A stretch of 64,000 bases of DNA from assembly GCA_003157485.1 (NCBI GenBank), contig PMJQ01000099.1:5660-69659 (forward strand). Reading direction: 5' to 3'. A program made the translations under genes and the position numbers. Shown one piece after another: positions 21,681 through 30,583 of this stretch (position 1 is its first letter; each line of letters starts with the position of its first letter). A model generated the notes under the pieces. That model made no database searches. It saw only the letters and a program-made list of their open reading frames with translations, and was not told the origin of the DNA. This stretch comes from Ignavibacteriota bacterium. Lineage in GTDB: Bacteria > Bacteroidota > Ignavibacteria > UBA10030 > UBA6906.

Positions 21681-23333
21681 TCATTCTCCCTGTTTCGCAG
21701 GGAGTGCGGGGCGGGCAAAGAGCACTTTCTCCCGCTCGATCGTGACTGTTCCGGCGGGCGCTCCCCGGGGCTTCCGGACGAAACGCTTCTCAGTCATGGC
21801 CACCGCGACGGTTCCCGAGTTTTTCAGCTTGCTGTAAAACGCCGCGATGGCGGCAGCCTGTTCGCACGCCTTCTTTCCCGGTTCTCCTTTTCCCGAATGC
21901 ACCTTCAGCACCACATGAGAACCGCTTCCCCCGCGCGCGTGGAACCACAGATCGTCGGGCTTCGCATACCGGAGAGTGAGAAGATCGTTGTTTGCGCCGT
22001 TCTTTCCGGCCCAGACTTCGAAGCCCCCGTCCACAGTGAAGACCCTGAACGGCAGCCGTTCTTTTTCCCGGCTTCTGGCCCCGAGCCCGACGCTTTCCAA
22101 CTCTTCCGCATGTTCGCTCACAAACTTCTCTCCCCGGTCTCCCGGTGCCAGATCCTCCGCCCCGGCGAGAAGTTTCTCAAGGCGCTCGATCCGGGCGGAA
22201 ATCTCAATCATTCTGCGGACCGATTCTTCACCGGCGGACTTTGAGCGCTTGGCCTTTTCGAAATAGCGCTGGGCATTCTGAACGGGCGAAAGGGCGGGCT
22301 CGAGAGGTATGGAGACGGGTTCCCCTTCGATCGTGCCGTCGAATGCTCTCGATCCCCTTTGCAGGTCCGGGAGCGCCGCCATCAGGGCGTTACCGAACTG
22401 CTCATAGGTCCCGGCCCTCTCAGCTTCGTGCGCATCCGTTTGAATCGCCCTAAGCGCCCGCTTTTCTTTTTCGATACGCAGCCGGAGCGGTGTAAGGAGA
22501 GACTCCCTCTCTCCATCGAGAAACGATTTGGATGCCCTCCGGGCAAGGAAGAACCTGATGCCCCTGTTGATGTCGGGGAACAGTTCTTCCTTCATGCCGC
22601 CGGCAAGCGTGAGGGGGATAAGCGAAAAAAACGCCGGGACGTCCTCACCCGAAATGTACACTCTTGGAAGCGGCCTTTCAAGGTCTGTCTGGACAGAACG
22701 AATCCCGCGTTCGAGCGCCGCAAGTGCCCCGGAATCAATCCCACCGGTCTTAAGAGACGCATCCACCCCGGCGCGCGTGACGGATTCGAGTGCGAGTGTA
22801 CCGCCCATGGCCGGGAAAGTCCTTTTGATGGCGGAGATAACAGTCCGCGTTTCTGGTGAAGCGCAGGCGGCGCGGAACGCCTGAATGTCCCCGGTGGGAA
22901 CCTCGGGTGCGAAATGAAATGAAGTGCCTGCGAGTTTTTTCGGGTTCTTGAACGAATCGACGATCTTTCCCGAATCCCCCAGGAGGAGCACATTGGACCT
23001 CGGTCCATAGAGAACAGCTGCGAGCGTCGTTCCGTTGTCGAGGCTGATTTCCACCACACGGTCGGATGGGCGCAGAATCACGGTGTTCACATGCGTATCC
23101 ACGATGTCGCCGAGGAGGTCAACGGAATTCCGGCGGGCCCTGGTTCTCCCCTCGTGGATGTAGACTGAGCTGACATCCGGCCTGCAGAGGAAGACGAGCT
23201 CCCCCGGATGATCATGAAAAGCTATTGCAAGCTCGTCCGCGTGCTGCGAATAGGCCCCACGGATCCGTTTTCCCAGAATACTGGAATTGAACGTGGAAAC
23301 GAGGAAGAGAAAAGTGTAGTAATTGCTGATCAC
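21681..23333 (-). CDS. NFACT-family RNA-binding protein (FbpA/RqcH-like, ribosome quality control)
   Basis: 550 aa with N-terminal NFACT-N-like sequence and a central coiled-coil. The C-terminal DUF814/NFACT-R region is recognisable (WFHARGGSGSHVVLKV...). Confidence 0.78.
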   Translation of the reverse strand: MISNYYTFLFLVSTFNSSILGKRIRGAYSQHADELAIAFHDHPGELVFLCRPDVSSVYIHEGRTRARRNSVDLLGDIVDTHVNTVILRPSDRVVEISLDNGTTLAAVLYGPRSNVLLLGDSGKIVDSFKNPKKLAGTSFHFAPEVPTGDIQAFRAACASPETRTVISAIKRTFPAMGGTLALESVTRAGVDASLKTGGIDSGALAALERGIRSVQTDLERPLPRVYISGEDVPAFFSLIPLTLAGGMKEELFPDINRGIRFFLARRASKSFLDGERESLLTPLRLRIEKEKRALRAIQTDAHEAERAGTYEQFGNALMAALPDLQRGSRAFDGTIEGEPVSIPLEPALSPVQNAQRYFEKAKRSKSAGEESVRRMIEISARIERLEKLLAGAEDLAPGDRGEKFVSEHAEELESVGLGARSREKERLPFRVFTVDGGFEVWAGKNGANNDLLTLRYAKPDDLWFHARGGSGSHVVLKVHSGKGEPGKKACEQAAAIAAFYSKLKNSGTVAVAMTEKRFVRKPRGAPAGTVTIEREKVLFARPALPAKQGE

Positions 23334-23390
23334 AGTTTTATCAACAATATATTGAAAAATGGCGATTTTCCCAACAGATTCGCGGATCTA

Positions 23391-23399
23391 TGTGGATAA
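23391..23399 (+). promoter_or_regulatory. Isolated perfect consensus DnaA box TGTGGATAA
   Basis: Exact 9-mer located in the divergent intergenic region between the RqcH-like gene and yicC. Confidence 0.3.
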
Positions 23400-23497
23400 C
23401 TTGTGAATGGCGGTGAAAAATGTGTCTGCAAGTTTCCATTGCGACTACTGCGGGTTTTTAGTATTATACCTTGCTTAGGCACAAGCCATGAGGATGA

Positions 23498-24376
23498 ATG
23501 ATCGCCAGCATGACCGGGTTTGGTAGGGGGGAATCGACGGGAGAAGGCGTAACGGTCACCGTTGAGCTCCGGACGGTGAACAACAGATTTCTGGAGGTCA
23601 CGACGCGCCTGCCGCGATCGCTCAGCCTCCGAGAAAATGACGTCAAAGAGTTGATACGGCGGAAGATATCACGCGGCAAAGTGAACGTGATTGTCAATGT
23701 CGAGCGGGAAGGAATCGGGTCTGCCGGGCTGGAAATCAATACAGCCGCGGCAAAAGCATATTATTCGCTTCTCGTCCAGCTGAGAAAGACGCTTCGGCTG
23801 AAGGAAGCCGTGAAGCTGCAGCATATGCTGCAGTTCTCTGAGATATTCGAACAGAAAGAGTCCGGCGGGACCGACGAGAAGGAGTGGGCGGTCCTTCAGG
23901 AATCGCTGGAGACCGCCCTCGGGGCGCTGGCGGAGATGCGTCGGGCTGAGGGAGGAGAACTTGATAGGGATTTCCGGGCCCGGATTGCGTTTCTTGACGA
24001 GAAGCTGGGGCAGATCGAACGGCTCTCGGCGGAACAGGTCCCCGTTGAACGCGTTCGGCTTCGTGAACGGGTGACTCAGCTCGTCGAGAAAACCCCCGTC
24101 GATGAAGGCCGGCTTGAAATGGAACTGGCGCTGCTGGCGGACAGGCTCGATGTGACGGAAGAGTGCGTCCGTTTCAGGAGCCACAACAAGTTCTTTCTGG
24201 AAGCCCTAGCCCTTCCCGAGCCCGCAGGAAGAAAACTCAATTTTCTCATCCAGGAGATGAACCGGGAGGCGAACACGATCGGCTCGAAATCCAATGCTAC
24301 GGAGATCGCGCACATCGTTGTGAACATGAAAGAGGAACTGGAGAAGATCAGGGAACAGCTGCAAAACATCGAATAA
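23498..24376 (+). CDS. yicC: YicC-family protein (YicC_N + DUF1732)
   Basis: Begins MIASMTGFGRGE, the canonical YicC start. It is 292 aa and followed by gmk as in many bacteria. Confidence 0.85.
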   Translation: MIASMTGFGRGESTGEGVTVTVELRTVNNRFLEVTTRLPRSLSLRENDVKELIRRKISRGKVNVIVNVEREGIGSAGLEINTAAAKAYYSLLVQLRKTLRLKEAVKLQHMLQFSEIFEQKESGGTDEKEWAVLQESLETALGALAEMRRAEGGELDRDFRARIAFLDEKLGQIERLSAEQVPVERVRLRERVTQLVEKTPVDEGRLEMELALLADRLDVTEECVRFRSHNKFFLEALALPEPAGRKLNFLIQEMNREANTIGSKSNATEIAHIVVNMKEELEKIREQLQNIE

Positions 24377-24381
24377 CGTCC

Positions 24382-24948
24382 ATGGCACGGGGGAAACTTG
24401 TTGTGATCTCGGCCCCCAGCGGCGCCGGCAAGACGACGATTGCCCGGGCGATACTCGATGCCCATCCCACGCTTCGGTTTTCCGTCTCCGCGACGACGCG
24501 CCCCGTTCGTGACGGAGAAATAGACGGGAGAGATTACTTCTTTCTCACGAGGGAAGAGTTCCTGCGGAGGATCGGGGCGGGGGAGTTCGTGGAATGGGAA
24601 GAGATCTACGGCAATCTGTACGGCACGCTCCACCGGGAAGTGGACCGGGCGCTGGACGAGGGACGGCACATCCTCTTTGATATCGACGTGAAGGGGGGCA
24701 TTTCCGTGCGGAAGGCGTACCCGGAATCGCTCCTGATCTTCATACGTCCCCCCAGCCTTCAGACACTGAACGAAAGACTTCGCAACAGGAAAACCGAAAG
24801 CGACGCCGCGGTGTCTCAGCGCATGGCACGGGCACCGCTGGAGCTGGAGCTCGGGGCGCAATTCGATCACCAGGTTGTCAACGACGACCTCCCGCGCGCG
24901 GTGGCGGAGGTCAACACGATTGTCAGCAGATACCTACAGATCAACTAG
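24382..24948 (+). CDS. gmk: Guanylate kinase
   Basis: The start was revised to MARGKLVVISAPSGAGKTT (P-loop). The track ORF at 24163 carries a 73-aa N-terminal extension that overlaps yicC in another frame. Confidence 0.93.
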   Translation: MARGKLVVISAPSGAGKTTIARAILDAHPTLRFSVSATTRPVRDGEIDGRDYFFLTREEFLRRIGAGEFVEWEEIYGNLYGTLHREVDRALDEGRHILFDIDVKGGISVRKAYPESLLIFIRPPSLQTLNERLRNRKTESDAAVSQRMARAPLELELGAQFDHQVVNDDLPRAVAEVNTIVSRYLQIN

Positions 24949-24965
24949 AAGAGGGAGCACGGCGT

Positions 24966-25313
24966 ATGGGCATCAAACCGATCGACCTTGAATTCTTCAA
25001 CCAGGAAGGGAAAAACGTCCACGAATCCATTGTCGCCGCCTCAAAACGGGCACGGCAGATCAACGAAGACATCAAGATCGAGTTCAACCAGCGCGTCGAG
25101 ATGTTCGCCACGAAAACCGAATCAGAGACCGAGGAAAACGACATCAACCCCGATCAACTGAAGGTGAGCCTCGAATTCGAAAAGCGTCCGAAGCCGACGG
25201 ACACCGCCCTTGACGAGCTTATGTCGACAAAACTCGGATGGCATTACGAGGTGAAGGAAGTGCCGCCGCCCAAAGAGGATGCGGTGGAGGAGCCTGCGGA
25301 GGACGAAGAGTAA
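24966..25313 (+). CDS. rpoZ: DNA-directed RNA polymerase subunit omega
   Basis: 115 aa with the omega core (ESIVAASKRARQINEDIKIEF) and an acidic C-terminal tail. The gmk-rpoZ linkage is conserved. Confidence 0.8.
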   Translation: MGIKPIDLEFFNQEGKNVHESIVAASKRARQINEDIKIEFNQRVEMFATKTESETEENDINPDQLKVSLEFEKRPKPTDTALDELMSTKLGWHYEVKEVPPPKEDAVEEPAEDEE

Positions 25314-25327
25314 CCGACAATCGGGCC

Positions 25328-26545
25328 ATGCTGACCGGCAAGCGGATACTCCTGGGGGTAACCGGGGGGATTGCTGCATACAAAACCGCATTTTTGGTGC
25401 GGGAGTTCGTCCGTGCCGGCGCAGAAGTGCAGGTTGTCATGACACGTGCCGCCACGCAGTTCATCACGCCGTTGACGATGACGACTCTGTCAAAACGTGA
25501 AGTCATCATCGATATGTTCCCCCCCTCGCCAGATCAGCCGCCACATCAGCCAATCCGGCACATTAACCTGGCCCTCTGGGGCGACGTCATGCTGATCGCC
25601 CCGGCTACCGCCAACACCATTGCGAAGATCGCTCACGGCGAGGCCGACAATTTTCTGACGACGCTTGTGCTCGCCCTCCGCTGCCCGCTCATTATCGCAC
25701 CCGCAATGGACGTCGACATGTACCTTAACGAAACGACGCGGAAGAATATCGCCCTCCTTCGGGAAACGGGGTGTACCGTGCTGGAAGCTGACTCGGGTGA
25801 GCTTGCGAGCGGGCTCTCCGGTTCCGGGCGTATGCCGGAGGCGGTACGGCTGTTCGACGAAGTCGTGAAATCCCTCAACAACTCCCGACGCGATCTGGCG
25901 GGGAAGAATGTGCTCGTGACCGCGGGGCCGACACATGAGCCGATCGATCCGGTCCGGTTCATCGGCAATCGCTCAAGCGGCAAAATGGGGTTTGCCATTG
26001 CGGCGGCGGCGGCGTGGCGCGGTGCGAACGTGACGCTTATCAGCGGGCCGGTGAGCCTGAGCACTCCCCGGAATGTCAGGCGCCTTGACGTGTCGACGGC
26101 ACGGGAAATGAACGCGGCGGTAATGGCGGAGTTCCCCGCCACGGATCTGCTCATTATGACTGCGGCGGTTGCGGACTTCGCGCCGGCCCGTTCGTCGCAG
26201 CAAAAAATCAAACGGGAACAGAAACCGGGGGGAAAATTCGTACTCGAGCTTCTCGAAAACCCGGACATTCTGGAAGCCGCCGGAGCGAAAAAGACCGGCC
26301 AGATGATCATTGGATTCGCGCTTGAGACGGAGAACGGTGTCGAAAACGCCAGGAAAAAGCTTGCCTCAAAGAACCTTGACATCGTCGTTCTCAACAATCC
26401 ACTTGTAGAGGGTGCAGGGTTCAGTACAGACACAAATGTAGTCACCGTGATCACGGCGTCGGGAAAGGTCGAAGAATTTCCCCTCATGTCGAAAATCGAC
26501 GTTGCCAACGCGCTCCTCTCGCGGGCCCTTAAGGGGCTTCGATGA
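25328..26545 (+). CDS. coaBC: Bifunctional phosphopantothenoylcysteine decarboxylase / phosphopantothenate-cysteine ligase
   Basis: The start was revised to MLTGKRILLGVTGGIAAYKT (flavoprotein domain). The CoaB half is also recognisable (KNVLVTAGPTHEPIDPVRFIGNRSSGKMG). Confidence 0.93.
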   Translation: MLTGKRILLGVTGGIAAYKTAFLVREFVRAGAEVQVVMTRAATQFITPLTMTTLSKREVIIDMFPPSPDQPPHQPIRHINLALWGDVMLIAPATANTIAKIAHGEADNFLTTLVLALRCPLIIAPAMDVDMYLNETTRKNIALLRETGCTVLEADSGELASGLSGSGRMPEAVRLFDEVVKSLNNSRRDLAGKNVLVTAGPTHEPIDPVRFIGNRSSGKMGFAIAAAAAWRGANVTLISGPVSLSTPRNVRRLDVSTAREMNAAVMAEFPATDLLIMTAAVADFAPARSSQQKIKREQKPGGKFVLELLENPDILEAAGAKKTGQMIIGFALETENGVENARKKLASKNLDIVVLNNPLVEGAGFSTDTNVVTVITASGKVEEFPLMSKIDVANALLSRALKGLR

Positions 26546-27336
26546 ACCCGGTGCGGCCTTCAACGGCGGATCTCCTCGGGGATATTCGCGGGTTTCTTGA
26601 AGGGGAACAGGAACTCTTTGGAGACGCGCTTTTCATTGACCCTGCTCCCCCGGGAAAGACGACAATGACACGATCAAAGCCAGAACAAAAGCAGCCCCCG
26701 GACGAACCGGCGCTCTTTGAAACGCCTCTCCCCGGTCCAGATGCGATTACGGACGAATCGTGGGGGAACGCGGAGACACTCCGGGGGCTTCACGACGCCA
26801 TCTGTTCATGCGTGAAATGCCCCCTCGGGCACACCCGCGCGAACTTCGTCTTCGGGACGGGAAACCCCGCGGCGACACTGATGGTCATCGGCGAGGCGCC
26901 GGGCGCGGATGAGGATGCACAGGGAGAACCGTTCGTCGGGAGGGCTGGCCAGCTTCTGAACAAAATCCTTGAAGCGATCAAGTTCAAGCGGGAAGAGGTC
27001 TACATCTGCAATATCCTGAAGTGCCGTCCACCCGGCAACAGGAAGCCCCTCGCGGAGGAGGTTGATCTCTGCATCCCGTACCTCCGGAAGCAGATCGCAC
27101 TCGTCCGCCCGAAAGTGATTCTGGCTCTCGGCCTCACGGCGGCGGAAAACCTTCTCGGGACGACCGAAAGCCTGGGACGGCTGCGGGGGAGAGTACTCCG
27201 GTATGAAGGAACCCCCCTTATGGTGACATACCATCCGGCGGCGCTGCTGCGGAATCCGAACTGGAAACGTCCGACCTGGGAGGATGTCCAAGCTGTACGG
27301 AAGCTTCACGACGAGCTCGTTGCACAGGAACGATAG
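26542..27336 (+). CDS. Uracil-DNA glycosylase, family 4 (4Fe-4S type) with N-terminal extension
   Basis: Contains the family-4 motifs CxxCxL...GEAPGADED...FVGRAG...CRPPGNRKP. Its start overlaps the coaBC stop by 4 nt. Confidence 0.85.
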   Translation: MNPVRPSTADLLGDIRGFLEGEQELFGDALFIDPAPPGKTTMTRSKPEQKQPPDEPALFETPLPGPDAITDESWGNAETLRGLHDAICSCVKCPLGHTRANFVFGTGNPAATLMVIGEAPGADEDAQGEPFVGRAGQLLNKILEAIKFKREEVYICNILKCRPPGNRKPLAEEVDLCIPYLRKQIALVRPKVILALGLTAAENLLGTTESLGRLRGRVLRYEGTPLMVTYHPAALLRNPNWKRPTWEDVQAVRKLHDELVAQER

Positions 27337-27348
27337 GGAACGGAGCGT

Positions 27349-28782
27349 ATGGCAGACGGGATGATTCGACGGACGGACATGCCTGCGGAGAGGGTGGTGT
27401 CCGAGGGACGCGTGCCCCCGCAGGCCGTGGAGATCGAGGAACAGGTGCTCGGGGCGATGCTCCTTGAGAAAGAGGCGGTCTCAAAGGTGATCGAAGTTCT
27501 CGACGAGGAGGCCTTTCACGCCGAGCGCAACCGACGGATATTCAGGGCGATCGTCGTTCTGTTTGAACGAAGCGAACCGGCCGACGTGATTACGGTCGCG
27601 GAAGAGCTCCGACGGCAGGGACAGCTTGATACTGCCGGGGGCGAGGCGTACCTGGTCGAGCTGACAATGAAGGTCACCTCTGCCGCAAACGTGGAGTACC
27701 ACGCCCGCATCGTTCTCGAGAAAGCGCTTATGCGGCGGCTGATTGCGGAGACGAGCGGGATCGCAGGACGGGCGTACAGCCAGTCCGAGGACGCCTTCGA
27801 CCTGCTGGACCAGGCGGAGCAGGCGATATTCAAAATTTCGGAATGGCGGTTGAAGCGGAATTTCGTGTCGATGGACCGTGCGGTTCATGACACGCTGGAG
27901 ATGCTGGAGAGCATCCACGGCAAGCACGAAGGAGTGACGGGAGTGCCGACAGGGTTCCGGGACCTCGACAACCTGACCGGCGGGTGGCAGAAGTCCGATC
28001 TGATTATCATTGCCGGCAGGCCGAGTGCGGGGAAGACCGCATTCGCGCTTTCCCTGGCGGCGAACGCCACGACACACCGGAGTAAACCCACAACGATCGG
28101 CATATTCTCCCTGGAGATGTCGACGAGACAGCTTGTCATGCGGCTCCTTTGCGCCGAAGCACGCGTGGATGCCCACGCAGTCCGGACGGGGCGGCTTCCT
28201 GAAGATGACTGGAAGAGGTTGAGCATGGGAGCCGGACGTCTTGCCAAGGCCAGCATATTCATCGATGACACTGCCGGACTCGGGATACTCGAGCTCCGTG
28301 CAAAAGCCCGGCGGCTGAAGGCCGAACACAATGTGGGGCTTATTATCATTGACTATCTCCAGCTCATGCAGGGACCGAAGAACGCGGAAAACAGGGAAAA
28401 GGAGATCTCCGGAATCTCCCGGTCGCTGAAGGGCCTCGCGAAAGAGCTCGATATTCCGGTGATCGCACTTTCCCAGCTTAGCCGCGCTGTGGAGGGACGG
28501 ACCGACAAGCGTCCCATCCTCTCGGATCTCCGTGAATCGGGAGCAATCGAACAGGACGCAGACGTCGTGGCGTTCGTGCATCGTCCCGAAATGTACACGG
28601 ATCCGAAATCCGACAAGATGGAAGAATTCCAGGGGAAAGCGGAAATCATCATCGGCAAACAACGGAACGGTCCCGTCGATGACGTGTCCCTGGCCTTTGT
28701 CCGGCGCTACGCCCGGTTTGAGAATCTGGCGCTTCCGAGCTTCGAAGACGTCCAGGTCAGCCCTGAGGAACAGCCATTCTGA
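27349..28782 (+). CDS. dnaB: Replicative DNA helicase DnaB
   Basis: 477 aa with an N-terminal domain and a RecA-like core carrying Walker A (GRPSAGKTAFALS), plus downstream DnaB motifs. Confidence 0.95.
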   Translation: MADGMIRRTDMPAERVVSEGRVPPQAVEIEEQVLGAMLLEKEAVSKVIEVLDEEAFHAERNRRIFRAIVVLFERSEPADVITVAEELRRQGQLDTAGGEAYLVELTMKVTSAANVEYHARIVLEKALMRRLIAETSGIAGRAYSQSEDAFDLLDQAEQAIFKISEWRLKRNFVSMDRAVHDTLEMLESIHGKHEGVTGVPTGFRDLDNLTGGWQKSDLIIIAGRPSAGKTAFALSLAANATTHRSKPTTIGIFSLEMSTRQLVMRLLCAEARVDAHAVRTGRLPEDDWKRLSMGAGRLAKASIFIDDTAGLGILELRAKARRLKAEHNVGLIIIDYLQLMQGPKNAENREKEISGISRSLKGLAKELDIPVIALSQLSRAVEGRTDKRPILSDLRESGAIEQDADVVAFVHRPEMYTDPKSDKMEEFQGKAEIIIGKQRNGPVDDVSLAFVRRYARFENLALPSFEDVQVSPEEQPF

Positions 28783-28789
28783 TCCCACG

Positions 28790-29686
28790 GTGAACCGCTC
28801 CGAGGTTTCACGGAGATTGTTCCTTCGGAGGGCGGCGTTGCTTGCCGCCGCATTCCCATTCATTCTCCGGCGGGGGGGGGCACGTTCCCTGACGCAGGAG
28901 AAACTCCTCCCCGCGGACGAAGCAATAATACTCGAGCGGCTCGGGACGAAAAGAGACCTCTCCCAACTTCCTGAAGGGGAGCTCGTCGCGGAGATGGGAA
29001 GGAGTTTTCTGGGGCGACCCTACGGAGCGAACACGCTGGAGGAAGAGGGGGAGGAACATCTCGTTGTCGATTTGCGGGAATTCGATTGCGTCACGCTGTG
29101 TGAGTCCAGCCTGGCCCTGGCGCGTGCCATCAAGCTCAACATCCGCTCGACAGAGGGATACTGCGCCCAGCTTCAGCTCATCCGGTACAGATCCGGGATC
29201 ATCCGGGGGTATCCGAGCCGCCTGCACTATTTCAGTGAATGGATCGCCGATAACGAGCAGAAGAAGGTTCTGAAAAACGTGACCGTGGAGCTCGGAGGGC
29301 ACAGGGACACGCGGCGGCTGAATTTCATGTCTGCGCACAGGGAAGCATATCCCCGTCTCGCTTCCCGGGATGCCTTCGATGGAATCGCCGCCATAGAGAA
29401 AAGACTGGCGGCGGTTCCGCGTTACTTCGTGCCGAAGGAGAATGTAGCGGGAATAGAGGGGAAGATACGGAGCGGCGACATCATTGCTGTGACAACGTCC
29501 GTGGCCGGTCTCGATGTTTCCCACACCGCCATAGCGGTGCGGGAGGGGGGAACAACGCGGCTGCTGCACGCGCCGAATGTGGGGGAACGGGTGCAATACA
29601 CGTCAAGGTCGATTGCCGGGTACCTGCACCGCCACGAGCAACAGACCGGCATTATTGTCGCCCGCCCTCTCGATCCTGGAACCTGA
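28790..29686 (+). CDS. DUF1460-family (amidase/transglutaminase-like fold) protein with a twin-arginine signal
   Basis: The probable GTG start gives VNRSEVSRRLFLRRAALLAAA, a Tat motif (SRRLFL). The track ORF begins at a GTG at 28532 inside dnaB and is an upstream extension. Coordinates are ±1 because hand indexing near 28740 disagreed with the track by 1 nt. Confidence 0.6.
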   Translation: MNRSEVSRRLFLRRAALLAAAFPFILRRGGARSLTQEKLLPADEAIILERLGTKRDLSQLPEGELVAEMGRSFLGRPYGANTLEEEGEEHLVVDLREFDCVTLCESSLALARAIKLNIRSTEGYCAQLQLIRYRSGIIRGYPSRLHYFSEWIADNEQKKVLKNVTVELGGHRDTRRLNFMSAHREAYPRLASRDAFDGIAAIEKRLAAVPRYFVPKENVAGIEGKIRSGDIIAVTTSVAGLDVSHTAIAVREGGTTRLLHAPNVGERVQYTSRSIAGYLHRHEQQTGIIVARPLDPGT

Positions 29687-29712
29687 ACCGCCCCTCTACG
29701 TGCGCCACCCGA

Positions 29713-30546
29713 TCATGCCGGAGTCCGGTGCTGCTCCAGCCCCACCAGACACCGCGTGTTCCGGGTTCTCTTTATCATTTCGAACCTATCCCAGCAGGCG
29801 TCCGACACCTTCGTACGGGGGTGCCAGACATGGTACTGGATGGCGAGATTCCTTAGCGATTTTCCGGATACGCCGTTGAGTGAAAGCCGGAACTGAATGT
29901 CGGAATCCTCACCGCATCCGGGTCCGTCGTACAGCTCGTCAAACCCGTTAATCGCTACAAGTTCCTCCCGCGCAACCGAGAAATTACTCCCGAGCATTCC
30001 CCTGACGTTCCGCAGCAGAAGTCGCCGGAGAAACAGGCCCGGCATTCGTATCCCATCCTCCACGCGGAGCGACCGGCCGGTGAATCCGTCATAGATCTCG
30101 CGGAGACCGAGATGTTCAAACTCCCCCGTTTCCACCTGCCGGAGCGTCAGCTCCCGGGACCAGCGCTCGCTTGTTTCGACGCGCCTTCCGAGAAGCACGC
30201 GGCGGTCTTCGCGTTCATTCCAGTGATCATGAAGAAAGTGGCGGGACGGGATGCAGTCCCCGTCGATGAAGACAAGATGGCGGCCCCGCGAAGCGTGTAT
30301 CGCGTTGTTGAGGACGACGTTTTTCCGCCAACCCCTGTCTTCATGCCAGAGATGGAGAATGGGCTGAGGAGAACTCCGGAGCGCACCGGCAACGACGTCG
30401 CGGATCGCTGTGCCGGAGCCGTCGTCTGCGATGATGATCTCAAAATTGGGGAAAGACTGGCGTGCGCAAGCGGCAAGAACAAGCCGGAGGACCTCCGGCT
30501 TGTTGTACACAGAAATAACAAGTGTGATATTCGGAATCAGCCCCAC
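29713..30546 (-). CDS. Family-2 glycosyltransferase
   Basis: Has GT-A motifs (VISVYNKPEVLRLVLAACARQSF..., DDGS, DGDC). Confidence 0.75.
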   Translation of the reverse strand: MGLIPNITLVISVYNKPEVLRLVLAACARQSFPNFEIIIADDGSGTAIRDVVAGALRSSPQPILHLWHEDRGWRKNVVLNNAIHASRGRHLVFIDGDCIPSRHFLHDHWNEREDRRVLLGRRVETSERWSRELTLRQVETGEFEHLGLREIYDGFTGRSLRVEDGIRMPGLFLRRLLLRNVRGMLGSNFSVAREELVAINGFDELYDGPGCGEDSDIQFRLSLNGVSGKSLRNLAIQYHVWHPRTKVSDACWDRFEMIKRTRNTRCLVGLEQHRTPA

Positions 30547-30583
30547 GTCCCAATATACGGAAAACGGGACGGGAATCTATAAT

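Noticed and set aside
24163-24381. Track start of the gmk ORF 73 codons upstream.
   Set aside because: The extension overlaps the 3' end of yicC in another frame and is Arg/Glu-rich low complexity. MARGKLVVISAPSGAGKTT at 24382 is the canonical guanylate kinase N-terminus.
28730-28760. My hand indexing of the printed sequence near the dnaB stop disagreed by 1 nt with the track coordinates and translation.
   Set aside because: The track translation (..LALPSFEDVQVSPEEQPF) is internally consistent with flanking coordinates that I verified, so this is treated as my counting error. Feature coordinates here are taken from the track.
27481-28863. 460-aa minus-strand ORF.
   Set aside because: Antisense to dnaB, which has unmistakable helicase motifs; no motifs of its own.
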